Shown here in pieces: positions 38,610 to 52,060 of a stretch of DNA of 64,000 nucleotides. The notes beneath the pieces are model-generated. The model was not told where the DNA came from. It searched no databases and saw nothing but the letters and a program-made list of their open reading frames with translations. Position numbers and translations under genes: made by a program. Numbering within the stretch: position 1 is the first letter of the stretch; every line of letters starts with the position of its first letter. This DNA is from Octopus vulgaris. Lineage: Eukaryota. The stretch covers positions 61,504,001-61,568,000 of the forward strand of contig OX597825.1 of NCBI GenBank assembly GCA_951406725.2. The letters are read 5' to 3'.

Positions 38610-39134
38610 TCCCATCTTGACACCATGTGGAAAATTCTACGCAAGAGTCACCATCACACAAGCTGTGTCATTTCTTTCCAATCTTTCCTAAAAACGTCTT
38701 GTCATGGGCAAATATTGCCTTACATGGCATCAAGTAAGAGTTGGCATCTGGTTATAAAAAGTCTGCCTCAACGAACTTCCTTTGTTTCACAAAAACATGG
38801 AAGAGTGGACATTAAAACGACGACGACGACAATCATGAGAATGATAATGACAATGATGATGATGATGAAGATGGTAGTGATGATGATGATTTATTTGTGC
38901 ATATACATTTTACGTCTTTATCAATGTCAGGGATTATCCTTATTGGTGTAAAGTGAAACTAGTGTTGCTTCCCTTTATGTAAAGAAAAACTATTAACCTC
39001 TTAATAAACATCGATCAATAGATATGTACTGGAGCTAATATAATAGACTCAACCCATGAAGGTAGTGACCTAGCATAGTAGCAGTTTAATGAACGAATAT
39101 ATAGTCCATTGCAGAGAAGGAAGTTTAAAATCTA

Positions 39135-39671
39135 TCGGGTTGTCTGGAAAGTTCATGCCGATTTATAGTAGCTTACATTTCGACTTATTTTAGAACATGG
39201 CTGAGTCCATAAAATAGGATTTGACTACACCTCCATTTAGAGCACACTTTAAGCTATAACCTGTGTTAATTCTGTAACCCTTTAAAATGGAAGATAAGAA
39301 AGTTCATTTTCGGCACTTGATGCTTTGAGAGCCAGACAAAAAATTGCTGCACCTCGGCTGGGATGTGTTACCCCACCCTCCATATTCACCAGATATTGCT
39401 CCTTTGGATTTCCACTTATTCAGGTCTCTGCAGAGTAGTCTTAATGGTAAAAATTTCAATTCCTTGGATGACGTAAAAAGATACGTTGATGAATTCTTTG
39501 CCATGAAACCACCTCAGTTCTGGGAAGTGGGTATTTTCAAGTTAAAGGAAAGATGGAGACGCATTGTGCAACAAAATGGTTTGTATTTGGTTGATTAAAA
39601 ATGTAATGACAAGTATTTATTGACCTTTTTCTTTCCTTTAAAAATCGGCATGAACTTTCCGGACAACCCAA
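39135..39671 (+). mobile_element. Internally deleted mariner, copy 2
   Basis: Both TIRs and TA flanks present. MEDKKVHFRHLML is fused to ORF 39344..39598. Confidence 0.93.
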
Positions 39672-40358
39672 TATTTAAGCACAGACAGAAACAGAAGGTT
39701 TTAATATTCTATGTTCTTTTAGGTTTCCTGTATCATTGTAATTTCAACTGTATTTGTGTTGCAAAATTCATGAAATCATTATAATTGGCTTTAGTTAACA
39801 ACATTTGTTGCTGGTTTATAAAAGATAAAATTTGTCTAGACATCTTAGTAAATAAATGAATACACAATATTTGTTTTAAATTCCAGGTGATACAAGGAAT
39901 AAAGTGATAAATGAGAAATGGCAAATTAGCAGAATCATATTAGTGTTGTTTTGGTGGTTTCGGAGATACAGAGAACTCTATAAATATATGTCCTAATGGA
40001 ATAACTAAAAATTAATTGGCTAACCAAATGTCAGATTCATTTCTGTTCTATCAGAAAATAATTTTATATCCCAATTACATAAGTTTTATATTTTCCTCCT
40101 GTCAAATTGTATAATTCTAATTCCCCATATGTTTCCTTCTTTCTTTTTTTCTAAAACTTAAAACATCTTGAAACATGTTTGCAGATAGATTCCAGATTAA
40201 TTTTATTTTATGCCTATCAAGCAGCACAAGAAATTAAAAGAGATTCAGCACATCTTTCATTACATTGAATGCGTACTGTAATGATTAATTACTTTAAAAC
40301 TTACAGAAATATAAAAAAGAAATATGATAAAACAAATCTGCATATTTCTGAAATAATA

Positions 40359-40431
<73 letters not shown>

Positions 40432-40623
40432 TGTTGTTGTTTTTGTTCTTGCTTGTGGGTATTGGTGAAATTATTTTTAGATAAGTCTGGTAAAGTAGCT
40501 TATATATTCAATGGTGTTATATCCATGACCTTTACCAGTTGTGTTCCATCCATGACCCTTACCACCCCAGCAGAGGGTGGTGGCTAGGCTTGAAAAGGGC
40601 GTATCAAAAAAATATATATGTAT

Positions 40624-40658
<35 letters not shown>

Positions 40659-40663
40659 AATAA

Positions 40664-40711
<48 letters not shown>

Positions 40712-40718
40712 ATGATAT

Positions 40719-40885
40719 AGGGAAAGTTTACGAAAAAAACAAAAGACGAAGATAGGTGGTGTACAAAACAAACAGATGTATTAGTATAATGCTTAGGAAT
40801 AGAAAAAGTATTTTATGTTTCGAGCCTACGCTCTTCTACAGAAAGGGACACAGAAAAAACAAGGAGAGAAATAAGGAGAGAAAAA
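40719..40885 (-). mobile_element. Copy of the non-canonical-HHR repeat family
   Basis: Minus strand reads TGTCCCTTT CTGTAGAA GAGC GTAG GCTC GAAA CATA AAA at 40808-40850; adjacent to a TA tract. Confidence 0.7.
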
Positions 40886-43109
40886 TATGTGTGTAGTGGC
40901 TAACGTATATACACATACATACATATGCTAGTACCAGGTTAAAAGTACCTACCATGCACTGGAAATTTGTTGACATTAGAAAGGGCATCCAGATGTAGAG
41001 ACCAAGTTAAATCAGACTGGAACCTAGTGCAACTCTTCTGCTTGGCATCTCTGGTCAAATCGTCCAAGCCATGCCCTCGTAAAAAATAGATGTTAAAGGA
41101 AGATGATGATGATTATGATGAAAGATGATAATACAACAAGAGGATTCACTTTGATGCCATCCCCCACACCACTTTGCAGAATTCTTCCAGAAGATTACAA
41201 TATTGGTGAAATGTTTCCCATATAAAAGTGAAATGAAGTTCCAAAATTTCCTCTGAAACCAAAGTCTTTTATATTTTGAATGGTCAGTGTATTGAATTTA
41301 GATGATGTATCTAAACTGATGCTGCTATATTATGGAAGAACCATTTTCCCCATCTAAGAATACACATAAATTCTTCTCTTCACTTTTCATTTAGTTTGTG
41401 AGGTGACAAAATTTTTATCGCACCACTACTCTAACCTGGTCATTCACACAATTCCCTTTTGACATCTTATGAAATAAATGTAAAGTGAATATATATCAGG
41501 TTTTGTGTGCTTTTAGGTAGCTAAAATGTCTCTTCTATGATGTAATTGCTATTTTATATAAATTTTGTAGCCATGTGAAAAACGGCTAATAAAACATATT
41601 GACACTTAGTTATAGTGAAAGCTTCCTAATATGTATAGAATATAACACTAATTGAAATGGAAGAGAAATTGAATATCTCAGGTTTGGTTGCCATTGTCTC
41701 TACATATATAAATATATATAATGATGGAAGACAAAATCAGGAGAATGTTGAATAAATATCTTGTAGGTGCAGGAGTTGCTGTGTGGTAAGTAGCCTGCTT
41801 ATCAACCACATGGTTCTGGATTCAGTCCCACTGCATGGCACATGGGGCAAGTGTCTTCTACTATAGTCTCAGTCCGACCAAAGCCATTTGAGTGGATTTG
41901 GTAGACAGAAAGGGAAAGAAGCCTGTCGTATATATGTATATATATATGTGTGTGTGTATATATTTGTGTGTCTGTGCTTGTCCCCCCACCCTCAACATCA
42001 CTTGACAACTGATGCTGGTGTGTTTATGTCACCATAACTTAGCGGTTCGGCAAAAGGGACTGATAGAATAAGAAGTAGGCTTTCAAAGAATAAGTCCTGG
42101 GGTCGATTTGCTCGACTAAAGGGACTGATAGAATAAGAACTAGGCTTACAAAGAATAAGTCCTGGGGGTCGATTTGCTCGACTAAAGCAAATCGACCCCC
42201 AGCATGGCTGCAGTCAAATGACTGAAACAAGTAAAAGAGTAAATGAGTATTTGGTTGTGCTCTTTTGTATTCTCATTTAAAACACTATATCATAGTTCAG
42301 TCCCACTGAGTGACACCTAGAGCATTTATTTTCTAGGATATGCTTGAGTTGATTGCAAATTATGATAGAAATCAGGTTGACCAAAGCTGTAAATGCCTCC
42401 TTAAATGGCATACAGCTGCAATTCTGGAAGTCATTGTATGAAGTTCATTCCACAAGTCTTGAGACCCTTTGAGGAGAGGCATATATAATTGTCCTGGGTT
42501 ATTATAATTGTCTTATATTATTTCTTTACATCTAATAAGCTGACCTGCGATCTATTGTTTTTTTGTTTTGTTTTTTTTTGCTATTCCAGATTGAAGTAGA
42601 TAGCTGTAACAGCACTTCGAACATACTCTGCTAAGTAGTGCTTGCCACAGATTACTAGTTTGCTGAATGCAATCAGAATATGAAGAGAAAAAGAAGATAT
42701 AATGTAAAATGAATTGATGAACAAACAAGTTTTTAAAATGTTACTTCTTTGTTGAAAAAAAAAGGACACATATGAACGTTCAATTTAAAGGCAGGAAACA
42801 AAAGGAAAGGTCACGGTTTCACATTGTAGCAAAACTAGAGGTGGTTTTAAGTTTAACTGTATAGTCTATTTGTAAAGTTAATTGTTAAGTTTAATCATAA
42901 AGTGTATTTGTAAAGTTTAATTGTAAAGTTTAATTGTAAAGGTATTCACGGTTTGTCTCGCAGCGGGGGCGAGATGGCCGTCTCATTTGCATCATAATTA
43001 TGTTCATAATATTATCATTTTCCATTTGTCTTTATGTCCCTGCATGTCAGTTGTATGTCCCTCTGTATTCAGGCCTTGTGCCTATGATAAAGAGAATATG
43101 AAAAGACAA

Positions 43110-43632
43110 TTTGGAAGTTAGGTATGCAAGAAAGTTTTGTAACAGTAAATGTTATAGAAACTTATGAAATGCTCAAGACTGCTTATAAATTAACTTGTAT
43201 GAGCTGAGCATCCGTTTTTCACTGGCACAAGATGACAGGCAAACCAAGTCCACTGGGACGTATATGATTATCCTCTTTTCTGACAGCAAAGGTATCATCT
43301 ACATCCACTGGATTCCCTTTGGCCAGACAGACAATAGAAAGTACTTTGTGGAGGTTTTGAGGGAGTTCAGGAAGAGATTTCCTCAGAAAAGTCCAGAGGG
43401 CATCTGCACAAGTCCACAATTCCATCCTGATAGCTATTTGACAGAGATGGTTATCAAAACTGTCCTTCATTCTCCCTACAGTTCAGACCTTGCTCCCTGT
43501 GACTTCTGGTTGTTCCCCAAGCTGAAGAAGATGAAAGAAGTTGTGACAATTGTTCTGGAGACCTTCCCTTTCGGAGACTTCCATGGAGACTTCACGAAGT
43601 GGTTGGAGCACTACAAGAAGTGCATTGAAATC
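43110..43632 (+). pseudogene. Decayed mariner transposase (distinct, irritans-like family)
   Basis: HWIPFGQT...YFVEVLREFRKR and HSPYSSDLAPCDFWLFPKLK motifs with internal deletions. Confidence 0.85.
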
Positions 43633-45001
43633 TATTGTGGTTAGAGCATGATACCCTCTGATGTGAATAGACATGACCACTACATATAAATAGTAGCAGT
43701 GGGATGTAGTTGGCAGCTCGTAGTTTGGTTTTCGAAGTTCAGGTACAGTTTATAATTACAAACAGATCATCAACCATTGCTATCAATTTATGGATCAAAG
43801 AAAGAGTTACCTACCCATACAACAAACCAACTACAATGTTGGGGTATAATATTACTAAATTACAATTTCAAAAGGCAGATTATTCCATCAAAAATATTGG
43901 TCATGCAGAATGTCTATTGAGACTAATTCCCCAAAATATTGAACCACCAGAAGATATCGTGATATCTGCACTGCATGCAGAAAATGAGATAAAAAGTTTT
44001 ATGACTAATGTTATCCAAGAACCACCAGTGGCTGCACAGGATATAAGAATGAAATCTGTAGGTGATACAAAAAGGAAAGCAGCTTTAATAAAAGCAGCTT
44101 TATTTTGCTTACAAAATAAAAATACAAATTTGAGTAGTTTCTCAACATGCGGTGATATTCTCATGTATGCACAAAGAATTGTAGTGTGCATTTTAAAACC
44201 TTTAAAGAATGGTTGGGTGCATTTTAAAACCTACAGAAATGGTAAAGAAGGCTTGGAGAATGGCCTTGTAACCAAAATAGGAAGTATGATGTACCAAATT
44301 AAAAGACCACACTGGGAACATAGGAGAGACATAGACAAGCTAAAGAAGATACATACTGAAGAATGGAGAGAAATTCCTATGGAAATATTTTTTGATGTAT
44401 TTGATGTCCCAGCAGAGCAAGTAATGGAGTCCTGAAGAATCAGTATGAGAAAATGGAAGCAGACCGAACACCTTGAGATAAGGCCCAAGCAAAAAAGTTA
44501 CTAAAAAATGATAATAACAAACAAAATTTCTTTATTTGAAACTTCAAAAAGGGCATGGCTGTGTGGTTAGGGAGCTTGCTTCCTAGCTACATGGTTTCGG
44601 GTTCAGTCCCACTGCGTGGCACTTTGGGTAGGTGTCTTCTACTATAGCCCCGAGCCGACTGGAGCTTTGTGATTGAATTCGGTAGGCAGGAGTTACTGCC
44701 GTGTGTGTATGTGTGCGTATAGCTGCTCAGTGCCTCTCCGAAAGAGAGAGAGGGGAGATGTTGTAATGAGAGTACAACACCCTCTGACAAGAATAGACAG
44801 GACCACTACATATAAATGGTAGCAGTCTGATGTAGTTGGCAGTTCATAGTTTGGTCTTTGAAGTCCAGGTACAGTTTACAGGTTGAGTTAGTGTGTTGGA
44901 AATATTGATTGTTGGTTCGGTACGTGTTTGTTACTGCCAGTGTATCTATTATGTATAGTTGTGTATTCTTCATCGTCGACAATATCGGCTGTTCTACAAT
45001 A
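43633..45001 (+). mobile_element. Heavily deleted Gypsy-like LTR retrotransposon
   Basis: Direct repeats 43633-43752 and 44759-44878. PPT AAAGAGAGAGAGGGGAGA precedes TGTTGTA; 3' LTR ends TACAATA. Internal TDHQPLLSIYGSKK..LQCWGIILLNYNF and GHAECLLRL (RNase H C-terminus). SINE B fragment at 44550-44715. Confidence 0.8.
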
Positions 45002-45802
45002 CTGAAGATGTAAGGATGTAATAAAATCAGAGAAGCCTACTTTGAATGAGATTAGAGATTTGTACTTCTTTGAAATTAATACCTCTTCTGAAAAACTTCA
45101 AGATTTCTGGAATGCATCTTGTTTTAACACACAGTAGTCACATTGAATCTGATTGTGGATTATGTTAAAGGAACAAGTAGAATTAAAAAAGATTATAACA
45201 AATATTTTTCTTGCATTGTATAGCAATGATATTCCTTGTAGATTCCCATAAGATTTTTAAACTCCTATCTTGGAGATGGTAATAATAACTGTATTTTAAA
45301 ATTCCTTTGGGATTTGGCTTTGTGCTGATATTTTCAGGATCAGAGTGTGAAATCAAAAGAAAATAAAAATGTTGGAGAAAAATGCTAAGAAAGCAAGATA
45401 AAATAATAACAACAATAACCGTTTTCTCTATTATCTTTTCATTGTACATTTCTATTATTGCTGGTGGTGGTAAAAATCTATGATAATTTCATGCTAATCC
45501 TCACAAGATTTTCAATCTCCTTTCTTAAAAATGGTGATAATAACTTCAGTTTTAAATTCTTTTGGGACTTGGTGGTGGTCCTATATATATATATATTTAG
45601 GATCAGAGTGTGAAGTTAAAAGAAAAAATGAAATAAAAAAAGCATAAAATTCATCAACAACCACACACGCTTCCATCTCGTTCTTGCATGTTGCACTTAT
45701 TGTTGTTGTTGTTGTTGTTCTTGCATGTTGCACCTATTGTTGTGTTAGTGGTGGTGGTTGTAATGGTGGAGGACCATGACTCCTGGTGCCTTTTATAGCA
45801 TA

Positions 45803-46064
45803 AGAAGAAGAGGAAGAAGAAGAAGAAGGAGAAGAAGGGGAAGAAGGAGAAGAAGAAGAAGAGGAAGGAGAGGAAGAAGAAGAAGAAGAAGAAGAAGAAG
45901 AAGGAGAAGAAGAAGGAGAAGAAGAAGGAGAAGAAGAAGAAGAAGAAGAAGAAGGAGAAGAAGAAAAAGGAGAAGAAGAAAAAGGAGAAGTAGAAGGAGA
46001 AGAAGAAGAAGAAGAAGAAGAAGAAGAAGAAGAAGAAGAAGAAGGAAAAGAAGAAGAAGAAGAA
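45803..46064. repeat. (GAA)n/(GGA) polypurine tract
   Basis: About 260 bp of almost pure purine sequence. Confidence 0.95.
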
Positions 46065-48039
46065 AACGAATGACAAATAATGCAAATATTGACAAGTTCA
46101 ATCTTCCCTGCTCTCACCAAAACTTGTATCATTAAACGTTAGATACCCCTTATTATACTTGTAAAATTGTACTGCTTGATATATAATTAATTAACCTCAT
46201 AATTTTTTTTTCAAGCAGTCTTTATTAGAGGAGACTATAATTGTAATTTTTCAAAGCTTGTAGTAGCTACGTCATCGTCATCATTGTCCTCCTCCTCCTT
46301 ATCCTCATCATCATCACCATCACCCCCCATTACTACCACCACCACCATCGTCGTCATTTTACTGTTTTCCATTTTTGCATGAGTTATATGAAATTTGTTG
46401 AGGCAGATTTTCTATGCTTGGATGCCTTTCTCGTTGCCAAACCAAACCTGTTTCTGAGTAATTTTGTATTCTTTCCTGGCCAGACATGTTTTCACAGACG
46501 TCTGGAAATATATATATCTATTTCTTTATTACCCCCAAGGGGCTAAACACAGAGGGGACAAACAAGGACAGACATAGGTATTAAGTCGATTACATCGACC
46601 CCAGTGCGTAACTGGTACTTAATTTATCGACCCCGAAAGGATGAAAGGCAAAGTCAACCTCGGCGGAATTTGAACTCAGAACGTAACGCAGACGAAATAC
46701 CGCTAAGCATTTCGCCCGGCGTGCTAACGTTTCTGCCAGCTCGCCATCATATATATGGAAATATATATATCACTTCTTGAATGGCAGTAATACTTACATC
46801 TATCACACAATATCAAGACCAAGGAGATAAAAACAACAAACACACACTCTTTTACTCTTTTACTTGTTTCAGTCATTTGACTGTGGCCATGCTGGAGCAC
46901 TGCCTTTTAGTTGAGCAAATTGACCACACGACTTATTCTTTTGTAAGCCTAGTACTTATTCTATCAGTCTCTTTTGCCGAACTGCTAAGTTACAGGGATG
47001 TAAACACACAGGCATCGGTTGTTAAGTGATATTGGGGGGAACAAACACAGACACACAAACACATATATATATACATATATATGACGGGCTTCTTTCAGTT
47101 TCCATCTACCATATCCACTCACAAGGCTTTGGTCGGCCTGAGGCTATAGTAGAAGACTTTTGGACACAACTGTAGAACTCAATCAGAAGAAGTAAAAAAA
47201 TATATTCCAACTATAGATGAAGTGGTAAAAATTGCACATGGCTCAGTGGTTAGAGCTTTGGGCTCACTATTATGAGGTAGTGAGTTTGGTTCCTGGACTG
47301 GGCTGTGTGTTGTGTTCTTGAGCAAGACACTTTATTTCATGTTGTTCCTGTTCACTCAGCTGTAGAAACGAGCTGTGGCATCACTGGTGCCATGCAGTAT
47401 CTTCCTTTGCCCTTTCCCTTTGGTTAACATCAGTGGCATGGAGAGGGGAGACTGGTATGCATGGGTGACTTCTGGTCTTCCATAAACAACCTTGCCCAGA
47501 CTTGTGTCTCAGCGGGTAGCTTTCTGGGTGCAATCTCATGGTCATTCATAACTAAAGGGATCTTTACCCTTTCACATTTTGAAAAATTCTTCCTTCGCAA
47601 CATCATGGATGATGCAGTTGGCACACAAATATCCCAGAGCAAGAGTCAGAAAAATGGTCAGTATTGTTCCCTATGGGTCAATGTGCGTGTCTGAAAGATT
47701 AAAAAACATTTGAAACGATTTTGAACATTAAGGGTATTAAAATATTGGCAAACTAATTTTTTTTTTTTAACATCAATAAGATTTGATTTAAAAAGGTCCT
47801 TCTGAAGTACAATATTGAAATTCCTAATGCTTTTGCAGATTTATTATTGTTAGCAGACACCTGCTGATCAATTAGAAAGACAATTAACAAGAAGTTCACT
47901 CTTTTCATAAGACATCATAACAGACACACTCAATAGTGGTGTGCACTTATTTCCCATTTACTTTAGAGTAATCTCAGTGGCCAGACAATTTTGAATTTAC
48001 ACGACGTAGTTTTAAAATTTTGCATTCATCATGACAATC

Positions 48040-48740
48040 CCCAATAGTAAAAAGAGCCATTAGTATTTGCAAAGTAATTAAAATTTAGATTATGCCATCA
48101 TTTGCCAACAAAACTATACCTATGTGTCATGTGAAACAAATTTTCAGTAATGATGTCATCAAGCTTGCAAAGTTGAAAGACTATTTTGAGAGGGTTCAAT
48201 CTGATAAAATGAAAAGAAAAAAAATACGAATAAAAATAAAAATAAAACAAATATCTTCATTCTGTTGTGTCTGGAGAGTGTCATTTTCTTTTTGTGCCTT
48301 ATAATCTAACACACTCACCGGTAAAATTTCCACTTATTTCTTATTTTTATTTTCCTAAAATTTTCGTTGCCTCTTGCAACCTTATCAATAGTCTTGACTC
48401 TGTCCGTTATTTATACTATTTTTAGGGTACTTATAGAAAAGATTATAAAGCTTAACAACATTTTTAAAAACATCTACCAGTGGTGATTACGAAGGTGGGA
48501 TGATCGTATCATCCACCATCTCTCATGATATAAGAAAAAAAAAAGGAAAACCCCATAGCCTTGACAAGGATATTATTCCACCAGTTGTAAGAGATGTCAC
48601 TGAAACTTATAATGAAAGACTCTTGGCCAATTCCAAAATGCAAGCTTTTAAGTGCTAAGAAAGTGATTTGATGCATTGATGAAATGACCATCGATGTGGG
48701 AAAATTTGGCAGGGTCAGAACTGCAGTACTACAAGTTTTC
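48040..48740 (+). pseudogene. Decayed hAT (Charlie/Buster-like) transposase N-terminus
   Basis: C.....FSND.IKLAKLKDY, KGKPHSLDKDIIPPVVRDV and LS.KKVI*CIDEM match the known pattern SNEAMKPSRLKEH / KSGKPHTIGEELI / LSNNTV.RRIDEM. Interrupted at 48256-48400. Confidence 0.65.
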
Positions 48741-50141
48741 TCTCCAGCCCCATGAATCACCATTTACTCTTTTACTCTTCAACTTGTTTCAGTCATTCGA
48801 CTGCAGCCATGCTGGAGCACCACCTTGATGGTGATTCAAATATTTTCAGGGACTATCTTAAAGTGCATTTTTGATGAATTTTCATTTTCTAATTATCTTA
48901 AAACAGATGCAAAAGAGAAAACAATATTTTGATGCTTTGAGGATTATTTGAAAAAAAAAAAAAAAAAATTAATGCCGTACTTCAGAAGATGAATACAGTG
49001 GCTATACTTAACTTTTCAATTTTATTTTAAACATACACACAATGCAGGTCGATAAGTCATCAATGATTCCAAGAAAGAATCAATAACATAGGAAGTTTAC
49101 TGACCCCTGTCTTAGAACAGCTCAAGAAAGTAAGCCTACAGGTAGGCAAAGACTTACTTAGCAACATAACAATGTCATACATGAAAATATGTTGTCTCCT
49201 CTCTGCCTATTCTATTATTTTTTCCCAATATGAAAAATTCTCTGCTCCTTACCTTCAGCAAAGTCTCCCTTATACATCTATCTCTCCTGTTTCTGCCACT
49301 CCCTACTGCACCTAACCTCTTTACCCGGGTTCTTCTCTAACCATTCTTACCACTCTTTTCTCCCCAGCACAAAAACTGGTCTGGAATTCCCACAAGATTA
49401 ATATATTTTCTGCAGAAGATGACTTTAAAAAAAATAATAAATGTTTCTTCTTGAGCCATGCCAGGCTCATAAGGGCCAGTTTCCCAGTTTCAGTGGCGTA
49501 GAAATTCCCCACCTGGATGGGACACCGGTCCGTTGCAGGATGACTCATTTTTGCCAACTGAGTGGACTGGAGCAACATGAAAATGAAGTGTTTTGCTCAA
49601 GAACATGATACATCGTCCGGTCCAGGAATCGAAACCACAACCTTACGATCATGAGTTCAATGCCCTAACCACTAACCCACGTGCCTCCAAAGAAGATGAC
49701 TTAGAGTTGTTAAAACTGAGTGGAAATTGTTCTAATATAAACAGTCACGGAGTGCCATGACTGCAAAGGTAATGGATACAATTCCTTCCTTCCTTCCTTC
49801 CTTTCTTTAATCTTTATTCCTGCCTGCTCCTTGGTAAACTTTTCCTTTCAACATAATAAGAAGAGATGGACATCAATGATAATGAGTGCTTAAAATACAG
49901 TATGACAGCAGCAAGATCAGATTAGATATGCAATAATACACTGAAGAATTCCAGATTGTTGAAGATATGTAATCTCTCTTGTGACATTCCTTAACATACA
50001 TCACAAAGTCAAGTTGCGAGAGAAACGTGAAGGAATTTGGCTTTCCAACCAGGATATTATAAGAGATTAGATAACACTAGAAGCAGAACTGATGAAAACT
50101 AAGTGGATCACTTGGGTATTTTATTTATTTATTTATTTATT

Positions 50142-50179
<38 letters not shown>

Positions 50180-50473
50180 TCATCAACATCATCATTCACC
50201 ATTATTGCTATTACTATTATATTTTTTTCACAGGTACATATTTAAATATATCTGATTCTGTAAGAGTAGAAACAAATTCTTACTTTTATAGTTATTTTTT
50301 CTTCTTTTTTTCGTAATTTCGCATTTAATTGAAAAATCCAATCTACAGCAACTCACGTCACTATGTGACAGATTCTAAATGTCACATATCTTAGCATGTC
50401 ACATAGCTTAGCATTGTAGGAAATTAGTTTCCTACAATCAATCGCAATGTAACAATAGTAATATTCATAGTTA

Positions 50474-50508
<35 letters not shown>

Positions 50509-50511
50509 TAT

Positions 50512-50862
50512 ATAAATAAATAACAACAGACGGATAATGTGCCAATCCACTACAGCTGTTTCCAATGAATTTTTAATTGATTAATGGAGACATTACATCA
50601 TTAGAAAAATCCGTTTTCATCAGGTGAATACATGAATCAAAACTTTCAAAAACAATCAAAAGTCAATGGGATGAGTACCCCCATGAATCTGTGACCCTTC
50701 CTGAAACTGAACTAACAAATTCAGTCTATAACCAGAATCATAGAGGTGTGCATCCCGTTGAACAGTTTTTTTAATGATGTAATGCCACCCTTAATCAATT
50801 AAAAATTCGTCGGAAATAGCTATAGTGAATTGCCACATTATCATCTGATGTTATTTATTTAT
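50512..50862. mobile_element. Diverged inverted-repeat element with an HHR-like motif
   Basis: ~100-bp arms. Minus strand: ATTCAC CTGATGA ...long stem II... GAAA CAGCTG TA GTGGAT (50545-50629). Confidence 0.7.
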
Positions 50863-50906
50863 TATTCACCTCTCACAGAATCTGCTCCTTCCATAGATCC
50901 AAAGTA

Positions 50907-51248
50907 TTGGGTTGTCCGTAAAGTTCATGCCGATTTTTAAAGGAAAGAAAAAGGTCAATAAATACTTGCCATTACATTTATAATCAACTAAATATGAATC
51001 AATTTGTTGCACAATGCATCTCCATCGTTCCTTTAGCTTGAAAATACCCTCTTCCCAGAACTGAGGTGGTTTCATGGCAAAGAATTCATCAAGGTATCTT
51101 TTTACGTCATCCAAAGAATTGAAATTTTTACTATTAAGACTATTCTGCTGAGATCTGAATAAGTGGAAATCCAAAGGAGCAATATCTGGTGAATATGGAG
51201 TGTGGGGTAACACATCCCAGCCAAGCTGCAGCAATTTTTGTCTGGTTC
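50907..51248 (-). mobile_element. Mariner derivative, copy 3 (truncated)
   Basis: One TIR plus the C-terminal ORF; fused to a SINE B tail at 51248. Confidence 0.9.
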
Positions 51249-51659
51249 AAATGACTGAAACAAGTAAAAGATAAAAGAAGATACATATACAGATGTGGCC
51301 AAATGTTTAGAACATAGGTCTGAAAATTAAAGAATGCAAAACATCCGGACAGCTAGGTGATACAAAAAGGGACACACACACACACATACACAGGCATAGG
51401 CATGGCTGTTTAGTAAGAAGCATGATTCTCAACGACATGGTGTTAGCTACAGCCCACTGTGTGGCACCTTAAGCAAGTATTTTCTTGTACAGCCTTGAGC
51501 TGACCAAAGACTTGTGAGCTAGAACATTAAATGAATGAGTTTGCTGCTGAGCACTGCGAGGTAGAGATGAAAATTAATGTTGCAAAGACTGAGACATCAG
51601 TCCTCTCAAGAAAGTCTTTCCCGTAAACTCTGCATATTAGTGAAGCATCACCAAGACAA

Positions 51660-52060
51660 GTGGAGTTTCAGCATTTCAGGACCATATTCCCAAATGATGA
51701 GAATTGGAAGGGTGAATACGAAACAAGAACTGCAGCTGTTGGCATAGCAATGTATCAACTCCAGCAATCAACTCTCAAAAGAGGTGAGGTTGGTAAATAA
51801 AGCCAAATTTGCTATCTTCAGTTTGATTTTTATGCCTGTCTTCACCTATGGTCATAAATGCTGGGTAATGATTAAGAGTAAGCTGGTGAATACAAGCTGC
51901 CAAAATGGGGTCTGAAGAGCCTTTGGAGAATAATTACTCAACAGGGTGCATAGCTCAGAGATCAGGGTATCTTTTCAGGTCAAGTCACTATTTCTCAGCA
52001 TTAAACGGTTTCAATATCAATACATCAGGCATGTGATGAGAATATCACAGAAAAGAATTG
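51660..52060 (+). pseudogene. Decayed RTE (Rex3/Expander-like) LINE C-terminal fragment
   Basis: AKFAIFSLIFMPVFTYGHKCWVM, IQAAKMG and HSSEIR...YIRHVMRI motifs. Confidence 0.7.

Noticed and set aside
47575-47672. Minus-strand hydrophobic peptide GTILTIFLTLALGYLCANCIIHDV
   Set aside because: No start codon, upstream in-frame stop, weak splice sites and no recognised homology.
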